From an uncultured bacterium (lineage in GTDB: Bacteria > Patescibacteriota > Andersenbacteria > UBA10190 > CAIZMI01), in NCBI GenBank assembly GCA_903934015.1, contig CAIZMI010000003.1, positions 1-61,438 of the forward strand: a DNA stretch of 61,438 bases. Direction: 5' to 3'. Each line of letters starts with the position of its first letter. Within the stretch, counting starts at the first letter, position 1. The translations under genes and the position numbers were made by a program. Below are positions 29,103-39,640 of the stretch, in pieces. Below the pieces are notes generated by a model, which was given only the letters and a program-made list of their open reading frames with translations, ran no database searches and was not told the DNA's origin.

Positions 29103-30395
29103 ATGAACAAAAACGATAATTCAACAGGACATTTATTGAAAACGATGAAGGAGCGGTGGGTGGTTGTTTTTGGTGTATTTGCGGTGGTTTCATTGCTGGG
29201 AATATATTTAATTTGGGTAGCGGCACGAACATATTCCGCTACGGCTGTTTTGCTAGTCCACTCTCAACAAAAAACCGTAATTGATATCCAATCATTACAG
29301 ACGGTTGAGAGAATCAATTCTACTATCGCCCAATTGGCTACGCAGAAGAGTGTCGTTAGTCGTGTTCAAAACATTACGGGAAATTTTGAGGGTGATGTTT
29401 TTGCGAAACCCGTTCAAGGAACCGAGTTTATTAATATTACGGCGACAGATTCAACGCCTGAATCGGCGCAACGTTTGGCAAATACTACGGTTGATGTGCT
29501 TCTTGAAAGAGTAAATTGGTTACAAGAAAAACAGCCATTAGGAATTACCGTGGAAGTTGTTGAATTGGCCATTGCGCCACCAATACCATCATCCACATCA
29601 AAAAAAATTCAGGTTGTCGGGATGATCATATTTGCCGTATTTTGTAGTATTTTTATGGCGAGTATTACGGAATCATTAGACAGAAGAGTGAGAGAAGAAG
29701 ACGTGGAAATGGAATTACAATTAGCGGTAATAGGAAAAACGAATAAATTTCACCGTAGCCACATTGGATCTTTACGATCAAGGGATTCGTTTAAGCAACT
29801 ACAGTCTACGATGTTGTTTCTCGGATTAGAAGAACCGAAAAATGCAATTGCCTTTACGGGAACATCCCCCGGAGAGGGCAAGTCATCAACTATAGCTAAT
29901 TTGGCATTGGCTTTTCATGATGTTGGTCAAGATGTAATTATTGCCGATCTGGATTTCAGGAGACCGACAATGCATAAATTATTTAATATTCCTAATAATT
30001 CAAAAAGCGGTATCAGTAATATAATGTTAAGTACAAATAATTTTCCTGATCCCATTCAAACAAAGTATAAGCATATTTCAGTTTATCCCGCTGGTATCGC
30101 AGCACCAGATGACGCTTCTCGGATTTATCAATCACCACGATTAAGGGAACTGATGGAAAAAATGCGCGATAGTTGGTTATTTATTGATTTGCCACCGCTT
30201 CTTTTGGTACCCGGATCGGCAACAGTTGCTGCTACGTGTAAAAATACTGTTTTCATCGTCGAACCTGGAAAAACTAAATTAAAAACGGCAAAGGAGTGCT
30301 TAATAACGCTGAGACGCGCAAACATAAATATCTTAGGCGCAGTTTTAACAAAAGTGAGAGGAGCAAACACATATTATCCCAATGAAGAATATTAG
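29103..30395 (+). CDS. Wzz/Wzc polysaccharide co-polymerase fused to BY tyrosine kinase
   Basis: Two TM segments; GTSPGEGKS, DLDFRRP, IDLPP; C-terminal TYYPNEEY. Confidence 0.9.
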   Translation: MNKNDNSTGHLLKTMKERWVVVFGVFAVVSLLGIYLIWVAARTYSATAVLLVHSQQKTVIDIQSLQTVERINSTIAQLATQKSVVSRVQNITGNFEGDVFAKPVQGTEFINITATDSTPESAQRLANTTVDVLLERVNWLQEKQPLGITVEVVELAIAPPIPSSTSKKIQVVGMIIFAVFCSIFMASITESLDRRVREEDVEMELQLAVIGKTNKFHRSHIGSLRSRDSFKQLQSTMLFLGLEEPKNAIAFTGTSPGEGKSSTIANLALAFHDVGQDVIIADLDFRRPTMHKLFNIPNNSKSGISNIMLSTNNFPDPIQTKYKHISVYPAGIAAPDDASRIYQSPRLRELMEKMRDSWLFIDLPPLLLVPGSATVAATCKNTVFIVEPGKTKLKTAKECLITLRRANINILGAVLTKVRGANTYYPNEEY

Positions 30396-31639
30396 TTTGT
30401 TTGAGTGATTTGTTTGTGATAGAACTCCAGTAGTTGTTTTGTGACTGATGACCACGAATATTTACTGATAATTATTTGGTGTTGTTTTTGAGAGTCTTGA
30501 AAATTGCGGGGCTGACTAGCAACTTGAATAACCGTATTGGCCAAGCAGTCGCTATCGCCAGGAAAGCAACCATTTGTTTGGCCAATAAATCTTATCAAAT
30601 CAGGCATAGCGCCAGTGTTGGTACCAATGACTGGTTTTCCGCAAGAAGATGCTTCTAGAAATGTTAGACAAAATCCTTCTTCGATTGAAGGTTGTACATA
30701 CAGATCGCACTTGTTGTAATAATCAACTAAATCATCAATGCATAATTTTTTAGTTATAAAGGTCCAATTTGCTTCAAGGGAATATTTTTTTATGGTTTCA
30801 TCCAATCTTTTTTTATATCTTTCTTCAACTATCGATCCAATTATAGTAATTAATACATCGGGATAAAGGCGCTTTATTTTTAAAGTCGCCGATAATAATA
30901 CATGCAATCCTTTGTGTTCGGAAATTTTGGCTACCGATAAAATTTTAGGAAAAATGCTTGTAGTAGTTATCCTTCCATTAGAATCCGAAACAGGACGAAA
31001 AATATTATCGTCGACTCCATTGGGTATTATGATAATTTTAGTGGATGAAATTCTTTTATTAATTAATGCTTTTTTTACATACTCGCTAGAGACAATAAAG
31101 GTTGTGAATTTGTATTTCTTGAATCTAATTATTGTCACCAATTCCACAATACTAAAATATATTTTTGTAACTAAAAGATTGAGTAGTGGAACTTGAAATG
31201 GAGAAATTGGCGAATATTCGGCGGGTGGCATATTTTGCACAGTCCAGAAAACAGGGATCTTTAATGGTAATTTATTGAAAAGTCCTGCCACGTAGTGACC
31301 ATACATAACGTGTATAACATCAACGTTTAGTGTTGAGATTAAGTTTAAAAGAATTGATTTTACCTCGTGGCAATAGTATTTTCGACCAGCTCGAGTATCA
31401 ATGGGGATATTTAAAGGTAATCCCACGTTAAAGACATGATATCCATTAATTGTTGTCCACTTTTTTGGAGGAAAAGACACATTGTCGGTGGTGTAAGTTA
31501 CTAAATAAACATTCTGTCCTAATTTAGCAAGATTTTCGCAACTGTTTTCCACATATGTAACAGTGCCTCCAATAATCGGAGGATAATGTTCACTTAAACA
31601 CAACACGTTTAGACGTCCGGATTTGCCAAAATCATTCAT
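30392..31639 (-). CDS. GT4 family glycosyltransferase
   Basis: YPPIIGG, IPNGVD, KG, PSIEEGFCLTFLEA. Confidence 0.9.
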   Translation of the reverse strand: MNDFGKSGRLNVLCLSEHYPPIIGGTVTYVENSCENLAKLGQNVYLVTYTTDNVSFPPKKWTTINGYHVFNVGLPLNIPIDTRAGRKYYCHEVKSILLNLISTLNVDVIHVMYGHYVAGLFNKLPLKIPVFWTVQNMPPAEYSPISPFQVPLLNLLVTKIYFSIVELVTIIRFKKYKFTTFIVSSEYVKKALINKRISSTKIIIIPNGVDDNIFRPVSDSNGRITTTSIFPKILSVAKISEHKGLHVLLSATLKIKRLYPDVLITIIGSIVEERYKKRLDETIKKYSLEANWTFITKKLCIDDLVDYYNKCDLYVQPSIEEGFCLTFLEASSCGKPVIGTNTGAMPDLIRFIGQTNGCFPGDSDCLANTVIQVASQPRNFQDSQKQHQIIISKYSWSSVTKQLLEFYHKQITQTN

Positions 31640-31674
31640 AATTGCCTTTTTTTAAGTTTATAAGGCATTCTTTA

Positions 31675-33351
31675 ATGATGCTAGTACTTGGAATTAATGC
31701 GTTTCATGGAGATGCTTCAGCTTGTTTAATCGATGATGGAAAGATAGTTTCCGCCGTCGCTGAGGAAAGGTTTACGCGTCATAAACATGAGGGCGGATTA
31801 CCGGCACACGCAATTGCGTGGTGTTTGAGTCAAACAAGTAAATCAGTAGATCATGTGGCCATTAGTCGAAATCCAGCCTTGTTTCGATTGCGAAAAATAA
31901 TTACTGTTATTAATAATCCTTTACTACTAAAACAAATTGATCATAGGATAAATAATGCCAATAGAATTACTTCTGCTAAAAATCAGATTCAAAAAATAAT
32001 TGGACACAGAATAATATTCCATCAAGTAGAACACCACCGTGCCCATCTTGCATATTCCTACGCAACAAGCAATTTTGATCAATGCAATTTATTGTCAGTA
32101 GATGGTTTTGGAGATTTTGTCAGTACTGCTTGGGGTTTTTCAGGCGACGACGGTATTAATATTGCAAAGAGGGTATTTTTCCCTCACTCAATTGGGATAT
32201 TTTATACGGCTTTAACTCAATTTTTAGGATTTTCAGGGTATGGAGAAGAATACAAGGTAATGGCGTTAGCCTCATATGGCACTCCAAGGTATTTAGAATT
32301 ATTTAGTAAAATAATCAAAAAAACCAATGACGGATTTAGGCTTTCGACGAAATATTTTACTCACACAAAAGGTAGAGCAGAAATGACTTATGGTGCCGGT
32401 ACGCCGGTGGTTGGAAAATTATATTCTACACAGCTTGAAAAGATATTGGGGCCGGCAAGAAAACGTGAGCAAGCATTAACTGAGAGACATTTTGATCTTG
32501 CCTCAACTCTTCAGGCCATGACGACGGATATCATTTTACACCTCGCAATGTTGGCAAAAAATAATTCAAACTCACGCAATTTAGCTGTTAGTGGGGGAGT
32601 GGCGCAAAATAGTGTAACTAATGGAGCACTTGAAAGAAGCGGATTGTTTGAAAATTATTGGTTTCCAAGTGCGCCTGCCGATGATGGTACCGCCATAGGA
32701 TCTGCCGTTGTTGTCGCATTGGCAAATGGCGACAGGTTTCAAGGGAAAGGTAATAATACCGCATTCTTAGGTCCAATGTTTAACTCAGAAAAAAATGAAA
32801 ATAAAAAAATGATCGATAATTCAAAATTAATTTCATCAGTCGTGGATTTATTGAGAAATGGAAAAATTGTGGGTTGGTTTGAAGATGGGGCGGAGTTTGG
32901 TCCGCGCGCGTTAGGACATAGGTCAATTTTGGCAGATCCAAGACAGGTTGGTATTAGAGAAAAAATTAACGCAGTCATAAAAAAAAGAGAAAACTTTCGT
33001 CCTTTTGCTCCCATGGTGTTGTTGGAGGATAGCCAGAAGTATTTTGAAATGACAAAAGCTTCACCAAACATGATGATCGTTGCTTCGGTAAAAACGGAAT
33101 GGAGAAATAAAATGGCTGCAATAACACATATCGATGGAACAGCTCGCGTTCAAACAGTTACTAAAGAATTATTGCCAAACATTGCTACCTTACTAGAGAA
33201 ATGGCGTGAGGTAACAGGAATTAGTGTTTTATTAAACACATCGTTTAATGAAAATGAGCCGATTGTGAATACTCCCGATGAAGCGTTGGATTGCTTTCAA
33301 CGAACAAGCATGGATGCGCTGGCGATTAATGGGGAATTATTCGTTAAATAA
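31675..33351 (+). CDS. NodU/CmcH-family O-carbamoyltransferase
   Basis: HGDASA, EERFTRHKH, EHHRAH, VDGFGD, EYKVMALA, EFGPRALGHRS, FRPFAP, NTSFN. Confidence 0.95.
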   Translation: MMLVLGINAFHGDASACLIDDGKIVSAVAEERFTRHKHEGGLPAHAIAWCLSQTSKSVDHVAISRNPALFRLRKIITVINNPLLLKQIDHRINNANRITSAKNQIQKIIGHRIIFHQVEHHRAHLAYSYATSNFDQCNLLSVDGFGDFVSTAWGFSGDDGINIAKRVFFPHSIGIFYTALTQFLGFSGYGEEYKVMALASYGTPRYLELFSKIIKKTNDGFRLSTKYFTHTKGRAEMTYGAGTPVVGKLYSTQLEKILGPARKREQALTERHFDLASTLQAMTTDIILHLAMLAKNNSNSRNLAVSGGVAQNSVTNGALERSGLFENYWFPSAPADDGTAIGSAVVVALANGDRFQGKGNNTAFLGPMFNSEKNENKKMIDNSKLISSVVDLLRNGKIVGWFEDGAEFGPRALGHRSILADPRQVGIREKINAVIKKRENFRPFAPMVLLEDSQKYFEMTKASPNMMIVASVKTEWRNKMAAITHIDGTARVQTVTKELLPNIATLLEKWREVTGISVLLNTSFNENEPIVNTPDEALDCFQRTSMDALAINGELFVK

Positions 33352-33381
33352 GTAATTTATTGTTATATTGATATTTCTATT

Positions 33382-34875
33382 ATGAAAATTATATTTGTTA
33401 ATCCACCAGTTTGGCCGGGAACAAGACCTGTGGATAGGGTTTATGGCTGTACGTACGCGTTGTATCCGATTCCCAATATTTTTGCTCTAGGATATGCGGC
33501 CACCCTTGAGAGAGCCGGATATGTTGCCGGTTTTCTGGATGCGCCAAATGAGAAAATTTCAGTAAAAAAATTTGAATCATTAATTATCAATGATTCTGCA
33601 AATGCTTATATATTTCATTCCGTAAATCTTTCTCAGGAGATTGATTTGCGGGCACATGCATTAATACGAAAAATTAAGCCGGATGCGTGGATAATTTTTT
33701 CTGGTCCGGCCCCAACGGATCGCCCTGATGATTTTTTGGTAGACGAAGGAACAATTGTGGCCAGGGGAGAACCGGATCTAATAATTGTTGAAATAATGAA
33801 GGTTTTGGGGGAGGGAGCAGGTCAAAATGAACTTAAAACGATCCCCGGAATATCGTTTAAAACATCTAAAGAAAATATTCACAATGTTACTGCCGGTATC
33901 ATTGATGATTTAGACTCTCTTCCTTTTCCGGCAAGACATTTGACCAAAGCTAACATTTACCACAATCCAAAATTACCAAGAGAGCCAATGACCGCAATGA
34001 TAACATCAAGGCAATGTGCTTTTCAGTGTATATTTTGCGTACCAAACTCAATAGGTTTTGCGCGTGAAATTGAGTACAAGCGATATGTTAATAATGGGGA
34101 AGTCGTGGCAGGAAATCTACCTAAGGGATATGGAAAATTTATTAAACCGGCAGTGAGAAAACGAAGTGCCGAGAATGTAATCGAAGAATTTAAGTTATTA
34201 AAGAAACAAGGCTATAGGTCGGTCTCTATTGTTGACGATCAATTTCTATGGGAAGAAGAACGAACGTTAAAAATTTGTGATGGTATTAAGGATTTAGGAA
34301 TTCAGTGGGGTTGTTTGGCTCGCGCAGATCGTGTTTCAAAAGAAACAGCGGAAGCCATGGCAAAAGCGGGTTGTCGATATGTTGATTTGGGAATTGAATC
34401 TTTGAACCCAAAAACTTTGGCTTATGTAAATAAAAACGCGACTGTTGAAAAGATGTATGAGGGAACAAAATTACTTCAAAACGCCGGAATACAGGTAAAA
34501 GTAAATATGTTGATAGGGGCTAATCCAGATGAGACGAAGCAAGAAATTTGGGATAGCATCAAAAAAGTCATAGCGTTAAAACCGGAAATAATTATGTTTA
34601 GTATCGTAAGCCCTTTTCCTGGGACAAAATACTATGAAATCGCAAAGAAAGAGGGTTTTATGGATTCAGGTGAATATCATCCAACTAGTGTTCAACATCG
34701 CGCAATTACGTCTTACAAAAATTTTTCAAGGCGTGATCTTGATAGATTACTTTGGCAAGCTAATGCCTCATTTTATTTTAGACCAGATGTCATTCTGCGT
34801 AATTCATGGCGTCTATTGCACCCACGAAGTGCATATGCGGCCCTGATGGCGCTCAAGGAAAAGATGTTGCGATAA
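33382..34875 (+). CDS. B12-binding-domain radical SAM protein
   Basis: RGEPD, DLDSLPFPAR, SRQCAFQCIFC (CxxxCxxC), GIES. Confidence 0.9.
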   Translation: MKIIFVNPPVWPGTRPVDRVYGCTYALYPIPNIFALGYAATLERAGYVAGFLDAPNEKISVKKFESLIINDSANAYIFHSVNLSQEIDLRAHALIRKIKPDAWIIFSGPAPTDRPDDFLVDEGTIVARGEPDLIIVEIMKVLGEGAGQNELKTIPGISFKTSKENIHNVTAGIIDDLDSLPFPARHLTKANIYHNPKLPREPMTAMITSRQCAFQCIFCVPNSIGFAREIEYKRYVNNGEVVAGNLPKGYGKFIKPAVRKRSAENVIEEFKLLKKQGYRSVSIVDDQFLWEEERTLKICDGIKDLGIQWGCLARADRVSKETAEAMAKAGCRYVDLGIESLNPKTLAYVNKNATVEKMYEGTKLLQNAGIQVKVNMLIGANPDETKQEIWDSIKKVIALKPEIIMFSIVSPFPGTKYYEIAKKEGFMDSGEYHPTSVQHRAITSYKNFSRRDLDRLLWQANASFYFRPDVILRNSWRLLHPRSAYAALMALKEKMLR

Positions 34876-34887
34876 TTACAACGGTTC

Positions 34888-36084
34888 GTGAATATTCTAT
34901 TTATCACATCAAGATTACCATTCCCGCCTTACAGGGGTGATAAGTCGCGGACATTTAACTTAATAAAAGCATTATCAAAAGATCACAGGATTGTACTCGT
35001 TTCTTTTTATGAAAATCGGCAGGAGTTGATTTATAAAGAAAAATTAATGGAATATTGCACCGCAGTACATCTGGTATATTTGCCAAAATGGTTTTCGTGG
35101 GCAAAAGCAATTATTTTGTATTTTCAATGTGACCCTTCGCAAAGTTATTATTATTGGTCTTATCGAATGAGCAATTTGATTTCTCGCATCACCAGAGGCG
35201 AAAAATTCGATATCGCATACATCCATCTATTTCGTATGTTTAATTATGCAAAGAGTATTTCACCGAAAGTATATATAGTGACAGACTTAACAGATGTTGT
35301 TTCGAAGGAATTATTTCGCTCAATCGGTTTTGGTCATAAGTGGAAAGACTATTTTGTAAAAAGGGAGGCTGTAAAAATAAGAAACTACGAAAGAGTAGTT
35401 ACTGAAAATTCTGATGAAGTATGGGTTGTATCGGAACAAGAAAAAAACGACCTTATGTCTGCCACATTTAAGGGGAATATACACGTAGTAAAAATTGGGG
35501 TTGTCGCAAATGAAATAATAAGAAAACCGGTCGATAATACATTATTATTTTTTGGATATTCAAGTACCGGCCACAATCGAGACGCGTTAATTTATTTACG
35601 AAAAGAAATATTACCTAGGTTAAAAAATTATATTCCCGATGTCGTATTAAATGTATTTGGAGCAGGGAAGTGGCAAAATCGTAAAATCGGTAAAGACGAG
35701 TTCCCTGTTGTTCATTACGGTTTTATCAAAAATCCCGAGGACCTATTTTCAAAAAATTTAGTTATGGTCGCACCTATTGTTTATTCGGCCGGCACACAAA
35801 CAAAAATTCTCGAAGCAATGAATAATGGCATACCTGTGGTAACCAGTGATTTTGGAAATGAAGGAATAGGAGCGATTCACGAAAAGCAGATAATTGTTTG
35901 TAGCTCCGCAGATGAATACGTAACCGAAATTAGACGTTTGCTTACGGATAGGATATTTAATGAATATATCGGCTTAAACGGCCAAAAATATGTCCGAGAT
36001 AATTTTTCATGGGATTATGTGACCGAGAGGGCAAGTGAGATAGAAAAAACGCTTAAATCGCAGAATTTGAAGCCAGTTTTATGA
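34888..36084 (+). CDS. GT4 family glycosyltransferase
   Basis: SRLPFPPYRGDK, GTQTKILEAM..GIPVV. Confidence 0.9.
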   Translation: MNILFITSRLPFPPYRGDKSRTFNLIKALSKDHRIVLVSFYENRQELIYKEKLMEYCTAVHLVYLPKWFSWAKAIILYFQCDPSQSYYYWSYRMSNLISRITRGEKFDIAYIHLFRMFNYAKSISPKVYIVTDLTDVVSKELFRSIGFGHKWKDYFVKREAVKIRNYERVVTENSDEVWVVSEQEKNDLMSATFKGNIHVVKIGVVANEIIRKPVDNTLLFFGYSSTGHNRDALIYLRKEILPRLKNYIPDVVLNVFGAGKWQNRKIGKDEFPVVHYGFIKNPEDLFSKNLVMVAPIVYSAGTQTKILEAMNNGIPVVTSDFGNEGIGAIHEKQIIVCSSADEYVTEIRRLLTDRIFNEYIGLNGQKYVRDNFSWDYVTERASEIEKTLKSQNLKPVL

Positions 36085-36158
36085 GGGAAAAATTAATCTT
36101 GTTTGGTAGTGGGGTAGTTCCTAATTTAGTATTTGCGCTTCATAGTGAGTTATATTAA

Positions 36159-36186
36159 TATGAGTATAATCACTATTATACTCAGT
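36159..36186. other. Candidate dif/Xer recombination site (symmetric)
   Basis: TATGAGTATAA-TCACTA-TTATACTCAGT (11-6-11; perfect inverted repeat TGAGTATAAT/ATTATACTCA) just upstream of the xer start. Confidence 0.6.
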
Positions 36187-36199
36187 TAAATACATACCC

Positions 36200-37159
36200 A
36201 TGGACACAAAACAAAAATCCGCTCTTCCCCATCTGGATAAATATATTTTGCATTTAATAACGCATAACTATTCAAAAGAAACAATTTACAATTACGAAAG
36301 AGATTTACTTATGTTGGAAAATTTTTTGAAAAATGATTTACAAATCCCCTTCCAAAAATTTGATAAGCAGGCACTGGAATTGTATAAAGCCGAGTTAGTG
36401 TCGATTGATCGCAAAACGGCAAACGGTGTTAATGCGGGGACCTCTACCCTATCGTCTCGTTCTATTAATCGAGCGCTTTCCGCATTTCGTTCATATTTGT
36501 CTTTTTTAATTGCAAATGATATTTCCTGTCCTATTCCGCGCGAGGCGGTCACTTTAATTAGGATGGAAAGACGTCACGCGCGCGTGGCGGAGTTGGAGGA
36601 ACTGATTCGCTTGATTGAGGCACCGACAACAATGGAAAAAAATAAGGAGGTGGCGATAAGAAATCGCGCGATACTGGAAACACTCTTTGCGACAGGGATG
36701 AGAATTTCAGAACTTGTGTCGTTGAATTGCGACCAGTTGGATGGAAAAGGAAAAATATTTGTAAAAGGAAAAGGAAAAAAAGAGCGTTTTGTTTATATGA
36801 CGCCCCGAGCCACGGAATATGTTAATCGATATGTATCTTTACATAAAGAAAAAAAAGGCGCGCTGTTTACCCCACTTCGTGGCAGAAACGCAAAATCACA
36901 AAAAGCAAGAATTTCTACAAATTATCTTCAAGATAAAATTAAAAAATATCGCGAGGCGCTTGGAATTGTCGTGCCAACATCAGCCCATTCCCTAAGACAC
37001 GGGTTTGCCACCTATCTTGCCGAGTCGGGTGCCAACCCCGCGGCAATTCAAATTTTACTCGGTCACGAATCTCTTGAGACTACAACGAGATATGTGCATC
37101 CCTCCGACAAGTTTGCCGAAACGACGCATAAAAAATTTCATCCGTTGCAAAACGCATAA
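36200..37159 (+). CDS. XerC/XerD-like tyrosine recombinase
   Basis: N-terminal YSKETIYNY...SINRALSAFRSY; catalytic GMRISEL, KGKGKKER, HSLRH, LGH, TTRY. Confidence 0.95.
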   Translation: MDTKQKSALPHLDKYILHLITHNYSKETIYNYERDLLMLENFLKNDLQIPFQKFDKQALELYKAELVSIDRKTANGVNAGTSTLSSRSINRALSAFRSYLSFLIANDISCPIPREAVTLIRMERRHARVAELEELIRLIEAPTTMEKNKEVAIRNRAILETLFATGMRISELVSLNCDQLDGKGKIFVKGKGKKERFVYMTPRATEYVNRYVSLHKEKKGALFTPLRGRNAKSQKARISTNYLQDKIKKYREALGIVVPTSAHSLRHGFATYLAESGANPAAIQILLGHESLETTTRYVHPSDKFAETTHKKFHPLQNA

Positions 37160-37191
37160 CGTTTTTTACTTTATCTTTTAGAGATGAAGTA

Positions 37192-37620
37192 TTAATTCCC
37201 TTTTGTCACACAAACACTCGGTTCGTAGCCGGCATCAATCGCTTCTTGTTCCGTTTTAAAGAAAACTTGATTTTCTTCTTTGATACGTTTAACTTCCGCG
37301 CAACTTGTAAAATAGTATTTTGTGCCATTAATTGACGCCACATATTCGCTATTAACATCCATTTTTCCGGCAACGCGTGGAATAATACTCGCAACGGGAG
37401 TGGCCTTAATCGCATCGGTCAATACTGTGATATCGGCATCCGAAAGTACTGTAGGAACAGCTGAAATACCCTGAAAAACGATCGGAGACGCTTTTTTTGT
37501 CTCTGATGACCAATAACCCACCAAATAACCCAAAATGATCAGTAATACGCATAAGACCCACATAAAAACCTTATCCTCACGTTTGGCGGTCAATTTTTGC
37601 CATTGGTCAGTTACGCTCAT
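37192..37620 (-). CDS. Membrane-anchored protein with C-terminal Ada metal-binding-like domain
   Basis: YVASINGTKYY..SC..VKRIKEENQVFF.TEQEA..AGY.P pattern. Confidence 0.75.
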   Translation of the reverse strand: MSVTDQWQKLTAKREDKVFMWVLCVLLIILGYLVGYWSSETKKASPIVFQGISAVPTVLSDADITVLTDAIKATPVASIIPRVAGKMDVNSEYVASINGTKYYFTSCAEVKRIKEENQVFFKTEQEAIDAGYEPSVCVTKGN

Positions 37621-37651
37621 CCTGATTATATGTTACAACTATTGCTGATAT

Positions 37652-38908
37652 ATGGAATACGCCTTTTTTCTCGGAAGTAACCCCGGCCTATCGGCCGTTG
37701 AGGTTCATGACTATTTTAAGCGCACAAAAATTGTGGCGGATTTTGATTTGTCACGTCTACCAAAATATTTAATTGTAAAAACCAATGAAAACTTAAAGTG
37801 TCAGGCGATTATCGATGGCTTGGGGGGTACGCCAATGATTGCGCAAATAATCGGGGAATTATCAGAGTTGTCCGCCGAAGCCATTCTTGAAATAGCCGGT
37901 TTAGATAATCGGTTCTCGGAAAATCAAAAACCAATTTTCTCAATCTCCTTTGAAACTTTTACCACTTCCCTATCCGATTCAAAAAGTCCGCGTGATATTA
38001 GAACATTGGGAATTCAAATTAAGAAATTATTGAACAAAAAAGGTTGTCGCGTAATTGTTCCGCAAACCGGAACCGTATTAAGCACTGCTCAATTATTTAA
38101 TTCGGGCGTGCCATTTAAGGCGATTGGGATCCACATAGTAGAGTTAGAAAAAGCTCGTTATTCTGCGATGATTGTTTCCGCTGTTCAAGATATTGATTTT
38201 TACACTCGTCGTGATCGTGAGCGTCCGGAAGCCGATCCCGGAAAAGGAATGTTGCCGGTAAAACTAGCGCAAATTTTTATTAATTTCACAAAAGCGGAAA
38301 TCGGCTCAAAAATTTATGATCCGTTTTGTGGTGCGGGTACAATTGTCGCCGAAGCGATGTTGCAGGGTTTTAATGTAGTGGCAACGGATATTTCTTTAAG
38401 GCAAGTTGAACGAACAAAAATTAATACCGATTGGTTAAAAAACACATTTCCTAATTTAATTGATCCGAGAAAAAATGTCCTTGTTATGGCGCAAGACATC
38501 GAAAAACCCTTAAGAGAGATTGAAAATAATTCACTTGACGCGGTTGCGTCCGAAGGTTGGCTTGGTCCGGCTACTAATCATGAGTTATCGGCCTTTGAAA
38601 TTGAGAATGTGTTTGTAAGAACGCAACAGTTGCTTTATGCCCTCCTCAACAACATCAACAATGTACTCAAAAGTGGAGCGACGGTGGTTGTGGCCCTCCC
38701 TGCTTTTCGTGTGGATAAACGTATCGTCAGGGCGCCGTTTATGCAGGAAGAATTAAGAAAATTTTTGCCAAAAGGTTACAGTGTTGAAAATTTAGTGCCC
38801 GAAGGCTGGGTAAATCCCGCTTTTCGCGACGCCGGTCAAGGAATGATGCTATATGGTCGTCCGGACGCAGTGATACTTAGAGACATTGTCAGATTGCGAA
38901 AAAACTAA
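37652..38908 (+). CDS. Trm11-like SAM-dependent (tRNA) methyltransferase
   Basis: RDRERP...GMLPVKLAQ, YDPFCGAGT, SEGWLGP. Confidence 0.8.
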   Translation: MEYAFFLGSNPGLSAVEVHDYFKRTKIVADFDLSRLPKYLIVKTNENLKCQAIIDGLGGTPMIAQIIGELSELSAEAILEIAGLDNRFSENQKPIFSISFETFTTSLSDSKSPRDIRTLGIQIKKLLNKKGCRVIVPQTGTVLSTAQLFNSGVPFKAIGIHIVELEKARYSAMIVSAVQDIDFYTRRDRERPEADPGKGMLPVKLAQIFINFTKAEIGSKIYDPFCGAGTIVAEAMLQGFNVVATDISLRQVERTKINTDWLKNTFPNLIDPRKNVLVMAQDIEKPLREIENNSLDAVASEGWLGPATNHELSAFEIENVFVRTQQLLYALLNNINNVLKSGATVVVALPAFRVDKRIVRAPFMQEELRKFLPKGYSVENLVPEGWVNPAFRDAGQGMMLYGRPDAVILRDIVRLRKN

Positions 38909-39028
38909 TTTTGTCTGTAGGACACTACCTCCTACACCCTATTTCCTGCCCCCTCATAATGCTCTGGACAAAATTTCTATTATCGTTTAATCTGCTTAAG
39001 TCAATTAAAGTAATCATTTCTCACCTAT

Positions 39029-39307
39029 ATGGCACATAAAAAAGCTGGAGGTTCAACCGCGTTAGGACGCGATTCACAAGGACAACGTCTTGGTGTTAAA
39101 ATTTATGGCGGTTCTAAAGTAACGGCCGGGTCGATCATTGTTCGTCAGCGTGGTTCTGGCTATCGCGCCGGTACCAACGTCAAAATCGGAAAAGATGACA
39201 CGCTTTACGCTCGCGTGGCCGGAATTGTTAAGTTTCAACAAAAGAAATTACGTTCGTTCCACGGCAAGACGATAATCCGCAGTTTGGTGCACGTACTAGT
39301 CAAATAA
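39029..39307 (+). CDS. rpmA: 50S ribosomal protein bL27
   Basis: [24 protein letters not shown]. Confidence 0.98.
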   Translation: MAHKKAGGSTALGRDSQGQRLGVKIYGGSKVTAGSIIVRQRGSGYRAGTNVKIGKDDTLYARVAGIVKFQQKKLRSFHGKTIIRSLVHVLVK

Positions 39308-39314
39308 TCAAATC

Positions 39315-39342
39315 AAAAAAACGGCCCATGTGGTCGTTTTTT
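39315..39342 (+). terminator. Intrinsic (possibly bidirectional) terminator after rpmA
   Basis: AAAAAAACGGCC-catgt-GGTCGTTTTTT. Confidence 0.7.
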
Positions 39343-39350
39343 AGTTAACG

Positions 39351-39388
39351 CTTTAGGATCCGACATGAGCAAGGGTCGGACCTTAAAC
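39351..39388. repeat. GGTCCGACC/GGTCGGACC REP-like palindrome, copy 1
   Basis: CTTTAGGATCCGAC...GTCGGACCTTAAAC; related to 45867-45902 and 55779-55821. Confidence 0.65.
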
Positions 39389-39640
39389 GGATCATGCGCA
39401 ATAGTGGGTCATTTAGCATAGTCGTAGCGCTTCCTCCCTTTATTCAAAGGAGGCGAGGAGGGATTATGAAAATGGAACAATCTTTGCTTCTTAAATATAT
39501 CCACCCTCGCCCTTTAACCCATCATAGTAACACCGCCGAAGCGTGTGTAACTTTGAATAAAAAAGGGTAACGACGACGTCTTGATATGAAGTATTGTAGT
39601 AATTCTGTTTATGCTGGTATCCCACTATTGCGCATGATCC
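39389..39640. mobile_element. 252-bp MITE (non-autonomous IS derivative)
   Basis: Perfect 20-bp terminal inverted repeats GGATCATGCGCAATAGTGGG / CCCACTATTGCGCATGATCC; 8-bp direct repeat CCTTAAAC at 39381-88 and 39641-48. Confidence 0.92.

Noticed and set aside
36200-37159. Tyrosine recombinase as a prophage or integron integrase
   Set aside because: No phage genes, no integron-integrase insertion or attC array; size and position fit a chromosomal Xer.
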